Source: Thermoplasmata archaeon (lineage in GTDB: Archaea > Thermoplasmatota > Thermoplasmata > Thermoplasmatales > Thermoplasmataceae). Taken from it: DNA of 58,326 bases. Within the stretch, counting starts at the first letter, position 1. Every line of letters begins with the position of its first letter. Location: NCBI GenBank assembly GCA_021822985.1, contig JAKAPZ010000001.1, positions 1 to 58,326 on the forward strand, in the 5' to 3' direction. The notes under the pieces were generated by a model. That model saw only the letters and a program-made list of their open reading frames with translations. It was not told where the DNA came from and searched no databases. Of the stretch, positions 49,306-58,326 are shown piece after piece. The position numbers and the translations under genes were made by a program.

Positions 49306-51226
49306 AAGAGTAAAAACTGCGAGAATGCTTGGAAAAGATCCTGAACTTGTTCTTCACGGCGGCGGAAATGCAAGCCTTAAGGACATGGAGATCGACCATA
49401 CTGGAAAAGAAATAAGAGTGTTGAGAGTCAAGGGCAGCGGTTCAGATATGGGAACCATTGGGACATCAGGTTTCACGGGTCTGAGGATGAATGATCTGCT
49501 CGCAGCGGAAAAAATTGAGAAAATGACAGATATGGAAATGATGGATTACCTGAAGAAGAGCATGGTAGATCCCTCGGAACCTGCCCCTTCGGTTGAAAGT
49601 TTTCTTCACGCTTTCATCCCATACACTTTTGTGGATCACACTCACTCGGATCATATACTGATGCTCACAAATTCAGGCATGTCCAGAGATAAAATTTCCG
49701 GCATACTGGGAAATGTCCTTGTAATTCCGTACATTCCCCCGGGGTTTATTCTTGCAAGAGAGATGCTCAGCACGATTTCCAAATTAACTCCGGATGTCAG
49801 GGGCATAGTGCTGGAAAAACATGGATTATTCACGTTTGGTGAAACAGCATCCGAAAGTTACGAAAAGCACATGGAACTTGTCGGAAAAGCAAGGGAATAC
49901 GTGAAAAAACAGTGCGGAGATAAAATATATGAGAAAAAATTCCCTGATCCTGTGGATGTGGATTCGATCCTGCCTGAAATAAGAGGAAAGCTCTCTGCAG
50001 GATTTAAAAAGGTTCTGCTTGTGAAGAAAGAGGAGGAGGCCCTTGAAATAGCACAGTCATCCCAGGCTGAGATGTACCAGAAAAGCGGACCTGCCACTCC
50101 TGATATGCTTATAAGAACCAAATACAATTTTCTCTATATAGACAGCAAAAACAATGTTCTGGACAGGATATCGGAATTTGCTGCAGAATACAGGAAAGAA
50201 CATTCAGAATACGTGAGCGGTTATCCAATTCACGATCCATTCCCCTCAGTCATAATTGTAAGAGGATATGGAATCATAACGGCTGCAAGAACACACAAGG
50301 AATGCAACATCATAATGGATCAGGTCATTCACTCCATGAGGGTCAACTCTGTTGCGGGGAAACTTGGAAAGCAGGAGTTCATTTCACGGAAGGAAGCATA
50401 TGAAATGGAATACTGGCCCCTGGAAGAGGCAAAGCTGAAGAAGTTCAAGCCAAAGCCCCTTGAGGGAAACGTGTGCATAGTCACCGGAGCAGCCAGTGGA
50501 ATCGGATATGAAACATTCCTTAAAATTTCCGAGAATGGCGGAAATGTCGTTGCTGTGGATATAAACAGCGATGTCATGAAAATATCCGGGGAGATCAACG
50601 GAAGATATGGTGTCGGATCAGTCGGCAAGATAGTGGATATATCAGACAGGAAAGCCATAGAGAGGATGGTTGAAGAAGTGGTTCTGAAATACGGCGGAGT
50701 TGATGTTCTTTTCAACAATGCAGGAATACTCAAGTCGGAACCCTTTGATGAGATTGCTCCTGAGACCATTGAGAAACACATTTCAATAAATTCCATGGCA
50801 CCCTTTGTCCTTTCCCAGAAGGTATTCTCTGTGATGAAAAAACAGGGAACCGGAGGCAACTTCATCTTCAATATAACGAAGAACCTGACTCACCCGGGAC
50901 CGGGAATGGTATCTTATGGGACAACAAAAGCATTCTCTGCCCAACTCTCCCATTACATTGCCAAGGAAGGGGGGAAGTTTGGCATAAGGTCGAACATAAT
51001 TAACCCGGACAAGATATTCAAAAACTCAAAGATCTGGGATAATGGAGTTCTGGAAAAAAGGGCAGAGGCAAAGGGAATCACTCCAGAACAGTATAAAAGA
51101 GGAAACCTGCTCAACATTGAGGTTCTTCCTGAGCATGTTGCAAACATGGTTCTTGCGATCCTCAATGATGACATATTTGGGGCCACCACCGATGCTATGA
51201 TTCCGGTGGATGGCGGAATAATGTAG
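49292..51226 (+). CDS. Bifunctional class II aldolase / short-chain dehydrogenase (rhamnulose-1-phosphate aldolase-SDR fusion type)
   Basis: LVLHGGGNAS.K, KGSGSD, PSVES.LH, DHTH and HGL; SDR part VTGAASGIG, NNAG, YGTTK. Confidence 0.9.
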   Translation: MQIDERVKTARMLGKDPELVLHGGGNASLKDMEIDHTGKEIRVLRVKGSGSDMGTIGTSGFTGLRMNDLLAAEKIEKMTDMEMMDYLKKSMVDPSEPAPSVESFLHAFIPYTFVDHTHSDHILMLTNSGMSRDKISGILGNVLVIPYIPPGFILAREMLSTISKLTPDVRGIVLEKHGLFTFGETASESYEKHMELVGKAREYVKKQCGDKIYEKKFPDPVDVDSILPEIRGKLSAGFKKVLLVKKEEEALEIAQSSQAEMYQKSGPATPDMLIRTKYNFLYIDSKNNVLDRISEFAAEYRKEHSEYVSGYPIHDPFPSVIIVRGYGIITAARTHKECNIIMDQVIHSMRVNSVAGKLGKQEFISRKEAYEMEYWPLEEAKLKKFKPKPLEGNVCIVTGAASGIGYETFLKISENGGNVVAVDINSDVMKISGEINGRYGVGSVGKIVDISDRKAIERMVEEVVLKYGGVDVLFNNAGILKSEPFDEIAPETIEKHISINSMAPFVLSQKVFSVMKKQGTGGNFIFNITKNLTHPGPGMVSYGTTKAFSAQLSHYIAKEGGKFGIRSNIINPDKIFKNSKIWDNGVLEKRAEAKGITPEQYKRGNLLNIEVLPEHVANMVLAILNDDIFGATTDAMIPVDGGIM

Positions 51227-51230
51227 AAAT

Positions 51231-52205
51231 TCAATCCGTATTGAAGATGAAATGGCCGAGAATCTTCATGATTTCAGGTTTCATCCCAAAATTCTCAACC
51301 TCATGGATTGCTTTCCGGATTGATAGGATGTTGTGCATGTTGAACACCTTCTTTTTCTGTATGTTGATGACCAATTTACCTATCTGTCCGTACAGAAGTA
51401 ATTTTTTCCTGGCAGCTTTTTCATAGATTATTTTCAATTCATCAATTTCTCCTGTCTTTTTCATGCACTGGAATAACAGTTCGGCATTTTCCATGGCAGG
51501 CACAATTCCCTCTCCAAGAAGAGGAGATATGTAACCAATGCTCTCCCCCACTCCTATGGCATCATGAGAGAAAATATTTTCAATTGTGGGCATCATCCTT
51601 ATGTTTCTTGCCACAACTCTTTCACCATGATAATTTTCCAGATATGATTTCACTTCTTCAAGATTGGTGCCACCTGCACCTATGTGATACCTGTCCTTCA
51701 GCGGAAATGACCAGAAATACCCAGTCCCTCCCTTAAAGAAATTAAAATAGAAATCGTTGTAAGGAGATTCCCTGCATACTTTCTCCATAGCGTACATTTT
51801 CAAGTCATTTTGGACTTTTCCGAGATAATACCTTGATACTCCTGTGGCATCAATTATATTTCCAGAACCTTTGGGAATCATGAATCTGCTGATATGTTCA
51901 TCTTCAACCATGAGTTTTTCCATTTTCATCTTGTCAATTGTGCAGAGGCCCCTGGGCAAAAAATCTGTAACATAGAAATTATTGCCTGAAATTTTTATTT
52001 CATGTGCTTCACGTTCAAGAATTTCATCTATTGAAACGGAAACATTTCCAAGAAATCCCGATATATGGTTTTTGTTCGTGGCATAACCGCATGGAATATA
52101 GTAATCTGGCCTTTTTGGGTCATATATGGAAACATCAAAACCAGAATCCTTCAATCTCCTGTACAGGTATGAGCCAGCCACACCTGCTCCGCCTATATGC
52201 CACAT
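51231..52205 (-). CDS. Geranylgeranyl reductase-family flavoprotein
   Basis: GGAGVAG, PCG, IIDATG, GYFWSFP and VGES.G.ISPLLGEGI motifs. Confidence 0.82.
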   Translation of the reverse strand: MWHIGGAGVAGSYLYRRLKDSGFDVSIYDPKRPDYYIPCGYATNKNHISGFLGNVSVSIDEILEREAHEIKISGNNFYVTDFLPRGLCTIDKMKMEKLMVEDEHISRFMIPKGSGNIIDATGVSRYYLGKVQNDLKMYAMEKVCRESPYNDFYFNFFKGGTGYFWSFPLKDRYHIGAGGTNLEEVKSYLENYHGERVVARNIRMMPTIENIFSHDAIGVGESIGYISPLLGEGIVPAMENAELLFQCMKKTGEIDELKIIYEKAARKKLLLYGQIGKLVINIQKKKVFNMHNILSIRKAIHEVENFGMKPEIMKILGHFIFNTD

Positions 52206-52215
52206 ACATATCCCA

Positions 52216-52271
52216 TTATGACAAAATACTTAACAGGATTGGAATACATTACCACAAAATTGCGGAAAGAA
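52216..52271 (+). repeat. 56-bp direct repeat, copy 1 (duplicate of the truA upstream/start region)
   Basis: 48/56 identical to 55548-55603 by manual alignment. Confidence 0.85.
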
Positions 52272-52459
52272 TGAGAGCAGCATCTGAATTTTACATGAGA
52301 ATGCATAATTTTTTTATCGATCACTTAACTATTCCAATACTGTGAAGAAAAATAGTAATAAGTTTTTCAGAAGTGAACTGCATGAAAATTATCCACAGGA
52401 TATTTTGAATAAGATTTCTGACAGATGTTTTATTCAGGAAAATATGATAAAAAATAATT

Positions 52460-55279
52460 TTAGCGGAAGAAGAACAATTTCTTCTTCCACATAAATGCAA
52501 TAACAGCACCGATTGCTGCAACCACTATGACTGCTCCCGCTATACCGTATATCTCAAGGTTGGAACCTGAAGATTTGACTGCTGTGAAATTGACTGATTT
52601 TGATGTGTTTGCACCATTGACTGATATGGAACCGGATAGTGTGGATGGAGCATATCCGGATACGTTGGTTATGGTGTATGAGTATGTTCCGTTTGTGAGT
52701 GAGAATGTGATTGTGCCCGTATTGGATGAGAATTTCTGGCCGTTTGATAGATTCACGTACCATGTGGTTCCTGATGGGAGTCCTGATTCTGTGAATGTTG
52801 CAGTGTATTTGATCTCAGTGAATGAGACTGGTACTTTTATTGAATTTCCATTTACGGTTATAGTGCCGGAAGCGGAAGATGGTTCAAAGATCTTGTTCCC
52901 TGTAGATATTGTGTATGAGTATGTTCCGTTTGTGAGTGTGAATGCGATTGTGCCCGTATTGGATGATAACTTCTGGCCGTTTGATAGATTCACGTACCAT
53001 GTGGTTCCTGATGGCAATCCGGATTCTGTGAATGTTGCAGAATAATTAACTGTAGCGAATGAGACGGGGAATGTGATAGAATTTCCTTTCACATTGATAG
53101 TGCCGGAAGCGGAAGATGGTTCAAAGATCTTGTTCCCTGTAGATATTGTGTACGAATAGGTTCCGTTTGGCAAGCAGAATGAATATGATGATCCTGTGAT
53201 TGTTGCTGAGCCTCCGTTATTGGTGAGATTCACGTACCATGTTGTTCCAGATGGCAATCCGGATTCTGTTAATGTTGCAGTATATTTAGCGACCGTTTGG
53301 ATAATTGTTACAGTTCCCGAACAATAATTGGTGACAAACATATTATCAGTTAATGGGTTGAATGCTAATTCATCCGGCTCAATACCAACAGCTATGGATT
53401 TCACAACAGTGTTGGTGGTGCCGTTTATGACTGTTACATTATTAGTGAAACAATCAGCGACATATATTTCATTTTTGGATGGGCTGTATGCGATTCCAAA
53501 CGGTTTAATGCCTACATTTATTGATTTCACAACAGTGTTTGTAGTACCGTTTATAACTGATACGTTGTTAGAACCTGCATTGGATACGTAAACATACCCG
53601 TTGGATGGGTCGAATGCTACTCCTTGAGGGCCGCTACCCACATTTATTGATTTCGCGACAGTGTTGGTGGTGCCGTTTATGACTGATACATTATTACTAC
53701 CTTGATTGGTAACGTAAACATACCCGTTGGATGGGTCGAATGCAGCGGAATACGGACTACACCCAACAGTTATGCTTTTCACGATACTGTTTGTTGCACC
53801 GTTTATGACCGTTACGTTATTGGAGCATACATTTGCAACGTACAAATATCCATTGGATGAATCGAATGCGATTCCAAACGGACTAGAGCTTACATTTATT
53901 GATTTCACAACAGTGTTTGTAGTACCGTTTATAACTGATACGTTGTTGGAAAAATAATTGCCAACATACACGTTACCGTTGGATGGGTCGAATGTAGGGG
54001 GGGAAGTGCCAGAACCAACCGGTATACTTTTGATGATACTGTCAGTCATCCCGTTTATTACAAATATATTGCCTGAGGAACATGCTGAAACATAAATGTA
54101 GCCATTGGATGAGTCAAATGCGGCTCCGCATAGATTGTAATAAAGAACTATGGTATTCAATACGCTATTCGTTATGCCGTTTATGACCGTTACGTTATTG
54201 GAGCCTCCATTTGCAACGTACAAATATCCGTTGGATGAGTCGAATGCTACTCCAAATGGTGACGAGCCAACTGCTATGGTATTCGCGACACTGTTTGTTG
54301 CACCGTTTATGACAGAAACATTGCAAGAAGCATGATTTACTACATAGAGATAGCCATTTGATGAGTCGAAGGCAATTGCATCTGGAATGCGGCCGACATT
54401 TATGGTTTTAGTGGCAGAGTTGGTGGTGCCATTTATGACTGATACAGCATTATTACCTGAATTGGCAACGTAAACATACCCGTTGGATGAATCAAATGCT
54501 ATTCCTTCAGGATGGGTGCCTACATTTATATTGTTCACGACAGTGTTTGTGGTGCCGTTTATGACTGATACATTATTATTACCTGCATTGGAAACGTAAA
54601 CATACCCGTTGGATGAATCGAATGCTATTCCTTCAGGATGGGTGCCTACATTTATATTGTTCACGACAGTGTTTGTGGTGCCGTTTATGACCGATACATT
54701 ATTATTACCTGCATTGGAAACGTAAACATACATATTTGATGAATCAAATGCTACAGCATCTGGATTGGTACCTACAATTAAGGATTTCACAACACTGTTT
54801 GTTGCACCGTTTATGATCGATACACTGTTAGAACCATAATTTGCAACGTAAACATACCCGTTGGATGAATCGAATGCTACAGCATCTGGGTTGGTACCTA
54901 CAATTAAGGATTTCACAACACTGTGAGTTGTGCCACTCAAGATTGATACGTTATTTGAGCCATTATTAGCAACATACAGATAACCATTGGAAGGATCGAA
55001 AGCCACCGCAGTTGGACATTTTGCATTCCCTCCTTTTAAATAGTTTCCTTTGACAAGCGTGTTGTTTAAAGGAACCAGCGTGCATTTCACAAATCCTGAA
55101 TTACTGCTGTTCTGATTGCTCAGACTGTTCACATTATTTATTGCATTGCCGGGAGTAATTCCGCTTGCAATCTGTTGAGTAATATCTGAATTCTGACTGT
55201 GCTGAAACATGCCAAAACCCACAGGAATCATTCCTGCAACAATCAATACCGTTGCCAAGGTCAATAAACTTTTATACAT
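52460..55279 (-). CDS. YVTN/YncE beta-propeller repeat surface protein with thermopsin-type C-terminal repeats and TM anchor
   Basis: Signal peptide; ~14 repeats of FDSSNGY(V/L)YVAN.GSNNVSVINGTTN; three TESGLPSGTTWYVNL domains; C-terminal TM followed by KKK. Confidence 0.92.
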   Translation of the reverse strand: MYKSLLTLATVLIVAGMIPVGFGMFQHSQNSDITQQIASGITPGNAINNVNSLSNQNSSNSGFVKCTLVPLNNTLVKGNYLKGGNAKCPTAVAFDPSNGYLYVANNGSNNVSILSGTTHSVVKSLIVGTNPDAVAFDSSNGYVYVANYGSNSVSIINGATNSVVKSLIVGTNPDAVAFDSSNMYVYVSNAGNNNVSVINGTTNTVVNNINVGTHPEGIAFDSSNGYVYVSNAGNNNVSVINGTTNTVVNNINVGTHPEGIAFDSSNGYVYVANSGNNAVSVINGTTNSATKTINVGRIPDAIAFDSSNGYLYVVNHASCNVSVINGATNSVANTIAVGSSPFGVAFDSSNGYLYVANGGSNNVTVINGITNSVLNTIVLYYNLCGAAFDSSNGYIYVSACSSGNIFVINGMTDSIIKSIPVGSGTSPPTFDPSNGNVYVGNYFSNNVSVINGTTNTVVKSINVSSSPFGIAFDSSNGYLYVANVCSNNVTVINGATNSIVKSITVGCSPYSAAFDPSNGYVYVTNQGSNNVSVINGTTNTVAKSINVGSGPQGVAFDPSNGYVYVSNAGSNNVSVINGTTNTVVKSINVGIKPFGIAYSPSKNEIYVADCFTNNVTVINGTTNTVVKSIAVGIEPDELAFNPLTDNMFVTNYCSGTVTIIQTVAKYTATLTESGLPSGTTWYVNLTNNGGSATITGSSYSFCLPNGTYSYTISTGNKIFEPSSASGTINVKGNSITFPVSFATVNYSATFTESGLPSGTTWYVNLSNGQKLSSNTGTIAFTLTNGTYSYTISTGNKIFEPSSASGTITVNGNSIKVPVSFTEIKYTATFTESGLPSGTTWYVNLSNGQKFSSNTGTITFSLTNGTYSYTITNVSGYAPSTLSGSISVNGANTSKSVNFTAVKSSGSNLEIYGIAGAVIVVAAIGAVIAFMWKKKLFFFR
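54467..54731. repeat. Near-perfect 126-bp tandem duplication (one propeller blade) inside the YVTN gene
   Basis: Units starting at 54467 and 54593 differ at 2 of 126 positions. Confidence 0.9.
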
Positions 55280-55547
55280 TGATCACTCAATCATGAGTTC
55301 AATATAAATATTCGTTTATTGTCTATTACTACACATTATATTAGAATTCAAACGCCTTCTTTTTTAGAATTGTATTGCAAAGAACAGTTCATATTAACAA
55401 CACATTTTATAAAATAAAGAACTGTTTTTTGATTCTTCCCAATGACTTAAAAGTGACAAGAAGAGAGATTTGCATCGGAATGAACCTATTATTAAAAACA
55501 GATGGCAATTTTAGATCAGTGAATAATGAAATATTTCCCCTGCACCT

Positions 55548-55603
55548 TTATGAAAAAATACTTAACAGAGTTGGAATACATTACCACAGGATTATGGAAC
55601 GAA
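55548..55603 (+). repeat. 56-bp direct repeat, copy 2 (truA upstream region and start codon)
   Basis: 48/56 identical to 52216-52271; contains ATG 55594. Confidence 0.85.
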
Positions 55604-56355
55604 GAAAGGTAGTATTTGGGTTTGCATATGACGGCACAAGTTTTTCCTCATACCAGTCGCATAACTCTTTCAATACTGTGGAGGGAGGAATCCGCAGCGA
55701 AGTTACCAGTAATTTGCTGGGAGAAAACATGAGAACTGCCTCAAGAACTGATAAAAATGTATCTGCCCTGTTCAATGCAATGTCCCTGGATACGACTGTA
55801 AAACCGGAAGATACCATTGGAATTTTAAATTCAAACCTTGAAAATATTTATTTTCATTCCTATGGATATGTTTCGGACGATTTCAATGTAAGGCACTGCT
55901 CAGAAAAAGAATACACTTACCTGCTCCCCTTTTCATGGGTGGACATAGATGAATTTATCAGGGAGATGAAAAAATTTATTGGAAAACATGATTTTGCTAA
56001 ATTCTGCAGGTATGACAACAAGGAAACCATAAGGGAAATAAATTCTATCGATACCATATTCTGGAACGGAATGCCCGGACTTGTATTCCGCGCCAGAGGA
56101 TTCCTCTGGAATCAGATAAGATTCATAGTGGGGTATGGAATCAAAAGACAGAGGGATGGGGCCGAACCTGAAGACCCATGGTCAGACCAGAATTGGAGCA
56201 GATATCTTGCTCCTGCTGAACTGCTCTTTCTCACGAAAATAAAATATGAGGGTGTCGATATGAAAAGAATCAGGAGCAGATCCATGGAGAAGAAAATTGA
56301 AATCCTCAAAAGGGGCACAATAGCAAGAAACTATTTTTTCAATCATATTCCATAA
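55594..56355 (+). CDS. truA: tRNA pseudouridine(38-40) synthase
   Basis: AYDG..F..YQ, ASRTDKNVSA, G.HDF..F and FLWNQIR motifs; start set to ATG 55594. Confidence 0.9.
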   Translation: MERRKVVFGFAYDGTSFSSYQSHNSFNTVEGGIRSEVTSNLLGENMRTASRTDKNVSALFNAMSLDTTVKPEDTIGILNSNLENIYFHSYGYVSDDFNVRHCSEKEYTYLLPFSWVDIDEFIREMKKFIGKHDFAKFCRYDNKETIREINSIDTIFWNGMPGLVFRARGFLWNQIRFIVGYGIKRQRDGAEPEDPWSDQNWSRYLAPAELLFLTKIKYEGVDMKRIRSRSMEKKIEILKRGTIARNYFFNHIP

Positions 56356-56412
56356 ATTCCTTTTTGCAGATTATATGATCATGCTTATTTATCGTAATGA
56401 TTATTAGCAGTT

Positions 56413-57123
56413 ATGGGGATTCTTGAAAATTATTTTGGCGGAAAAAATTTTATTGTGGCAGGAATGGGAACCGGGCAGGGCATGGCTACTGCAAAATTGA
56501 TTGAGAAACTTGGCGGACATGTGATAGCACTTTCAAGAACCGGCAGATCTACTTCCGGAAAACATGAAAACATCGAAAGCATGAGATGCGACATGGGAAA
56601 CCTGCAGGATGTGAAAAATGTGTCAATTGAGATAGAGAATAGAGGATTTAAAATAAACGGGATAGTGAACAATGCAGGAAAATGGGAAAATTCTTCTGAA
56701 AAGCTTGTCTCGCCTGAAAAAATGCTGGATTTTTTTATGGCAAATGTCAACACCCAGTACACAGTCATGATGGGACTGGCAGAGAATATGTCTGAAAATT
56801 CTTCCATAGTGAATATAGGGGCATCGGAAAATCTTTTGAAAATCAACAATTCAGGATATTCCGTATCAAAATATGCCATTGAAGAGTTGACAAGGATTGC
56901 AGCATCCGGGCTCAAAGACAGGAGAATAAGAGTGAATGCGGTACTTCCCGGAAGTGTTCACAAGGAGGATAATTTTGAAGAAAAATACCCTTATTCTTTC
57001 AAAGACGGCGATGTATTTCTTGAACCGCTTGAAATTGCATATGTATCCATATTTCTCCTTTCGCCACTCTCACACGCAATAAACGGACAGTGCATAACTT
57101 CAGACAGGGGGATGGGTTTGTGA
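56413..57123 (+). CDS. Short-chain dehydrogenase/reductase
   Basis: G.G.GQG, NNAG, YSVSK and IRVNAVLPG motifs. Confidence 0.88.
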   Translation: MGILENYFGGKNFIVAGMGTGQGMATAKLIEKLGGHVIALSRTGRSTSGKHENIESMRCDMGNLQDVKNVSIEIENRGFKINGIVNNAGKWENSSEKLVSPEKMLDFFMANVNTQYTVMMGLAENMSENSSIVNIGASENLLKINNSGYSVSKYAIEELTRIAASGLKDRRIRVNAVLPGSVHKEDNFEEKYPYSFKDGDVFLEPLEIAYVSIFLLSPLSHAINGQCITSDRGMGL

Positions 57124-57190
57124 AAGACTTTTCTTTCCCTTTTCAGATTCAACACTAAAAATTATATGTAACTGTTAGCAATGTTGAATT

Positions 57191-58326
57191 ATGCCATTTG
57201 AAAATGCAACAACATACGTCAGCTACGTGAAAAGAGGAAAAGTGGATGAATTCAATAAACTGTATGAAGATGCACTGAAGGAATCTGAAAAATACATGAA
57301 CAGGGAATATTCAAATTTTGGAGAAATCATGGAAACAGGCAAATTGAACCCTGTTTCACCCGTGGATGGAAAAGTGTATGCAACATTCCAGGCAGGAACG
57401 AAGGAAAGTGCAGAAAAAGCAATTGAAATCCTGAAAAAGGGGCAGAAGAAATGGTTCATGCTTGGTTACATGAAAAGAGCAGAAATTATGCTAAAAGCAG
57501 CAGATCTGGTTTCTCAGAAAAGATTCCTCATTTCAGCAATTCTTGCAAGGGAAAATGGAAAGAACAGGCTTGAGGCTATGGCTGATGTGGATGAGGGAAT
57601 AGATTTCCTCAGATTCTATGCAATGAACCTCATTGAGAACCAGGGATTTGTGAAATTTACCGGGAAAGGGTACGAGAATGAGGAAAGCATGAGTTTCATG
57701 AAACCTTACGGTATCTTTGCAGTAATAGCCCCTTTCAATTTCTATGCAATTACAGTTGGAATGGTTGCAGGCCCACTTGTGACGGGAAATGCAGTTATAC
57801 TCAAACCGTCGAGCAATATTCCACTCTCCTCTCACCTGTATATCAGAATCCTTTATGAAGCGGGAGTTCCTGAGGATGCAGTTGCCTTCGTTGCCGGAAA
57901 TGGATCAGAAATAGGCCCCATTCTTTCATCCCACATGGACATTGCAGGGATACTTTTCACTGGATCCCGTGACTCAGGAATGAGCATTTACAGGAACGCA
58001 CTTAAGGAGCACCCGAAAATAGTCATAACTGAAATGGGCGGGAAGGATGCAATAATAGTTACTGAAAAAGCGAATATAGACAAAGCAGTGAATGGTGTTT
58101 ACAGGGCAGCATTTGGATATTCCGGACAGAAATGCAGTGCTTGTTCGATCGCATACATTCAGGAAAAAATATACGATACCTTTGTGGAGAAGATCAGGAA
58201 AATAACTGACGGCCTGAAGGTTGGAGATCCGAGAGAGAATGATTCATACATGGGCCCCGTCATAAACAGGGAATCTTTTGAGAAGTTCAAAAAATTCGTT
58301 GAAATCGCAAAGAAAGAGGGAAAGGT
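57191..58326 (+). CDS. Aldehyde dehydrogenase family, 1-pyrroline-5-carboxylate dehydrogenase-like (partial; runs off the window)
   Basis: Not in the ORF track because it has no stop in the window; ATG 57191 MPFENATTY...; ENGK, EGIDFLRFYA, APFNF, FTGS, EMGGK and GQKCSACS motifs. Confidence 0.9.
   Translation, partial: MPFENATTYVSYVKRGKVDEFNKLYEDALKESEKYMNREYSNFGEIMETGKLNPVSPVDGKVYATFQAGTKESAEKAIEILKKGQKKWFMLGYMKRAEIMLKAADLVSQKRFLISAILARENGKNRLEAMADVDEGIDFLRFYAMNLIENQGFVKFTGKGYENEESMSFMKPYGIFAVIAPFNFYAITVGMVAGPLVTGNAVILKPSSNIPLSSHLYIRILYEAGVPEDAVAFVAGNGSEIGPILSSHMDIAGILFTGSRDSGMSIYRNALKEHPKIVITEMGGKDAIIVTEKANIDKAVNGVYRAAFGYSGQKCSACSIAYIQEKIYDTFVEKIRKITDGLKVGDPRENDSYMGPVINRESFEKFKKFVEIAKKEGK

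Noticed and set aside
46378-51234. Several long antisense ORFs opposite leuS and the aldolase-SDR gene
   Set aside because: They are shadow ORFs of well-supported genes and carry no independent motifs
53280-55020. Regularly spaced repeats that might be taken for a CRISPR array
   Set aside because: They are 126-bp in-frame coding repeats of a beta-propeller; there are no unique spacers and no cas genes
55375-55593. N-terminal extension of TruA given by the ORF track
   Set aside because: TruA similarity starts at ATG 55594; the extension covers AT-rich promoter sequence

Overview
Gene-dense archaeal chromosome segment whose gene content and order point to a Thermoplasmatales-type acidophile (inferred, not proven). 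The core genes cover tRNA modification (trm1, RaSEA, truA), aminoacyl-tRNA synthetases (ileS, leuS), aIF-2beta, beta-oxidation, a class II HMG-CoA reductase, ether-lipid synthases (GGGPS, DGGGPS), purL/purS, thiL, ribK and three tRNAs (Ser-GCT, Val-TAC, Gln-CTG). Six observations stand out. (1) A translationally coupled three-gene operon at 7440-10487 encodes a VirB2-like pilin, a VirB6-like membrane protein and a membrane-anchored minimal VirB4-like ATPase. It lies among housekeeping genes with no relaxase or integrase and is a candidate domesticated Ced/Ted-like DNA-exchange system outside Crenarchaeota. (2) A 1.7-kb cassette at tRNA-Val is bounded by a repeat of the tRNA 3' end and carries a putative secreted archaeocin-like protein, interrupted by one in-frame TGA, plus an immunity-like partner. 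A decaying island follows it. (3) One clear and one weak orphan TnpB/omega-RNA right-end remnant are present. (4) trm1 apparently starts at ATA. (5) A YVTN beta-propeller surface-protein gene is flanked by a duplicated 56-bp promoter segment. (6) A divergent PduO-like protein sits next to tRNA-Gln. All calls come from reading the sequence and recognising motifs; no database searches were run.
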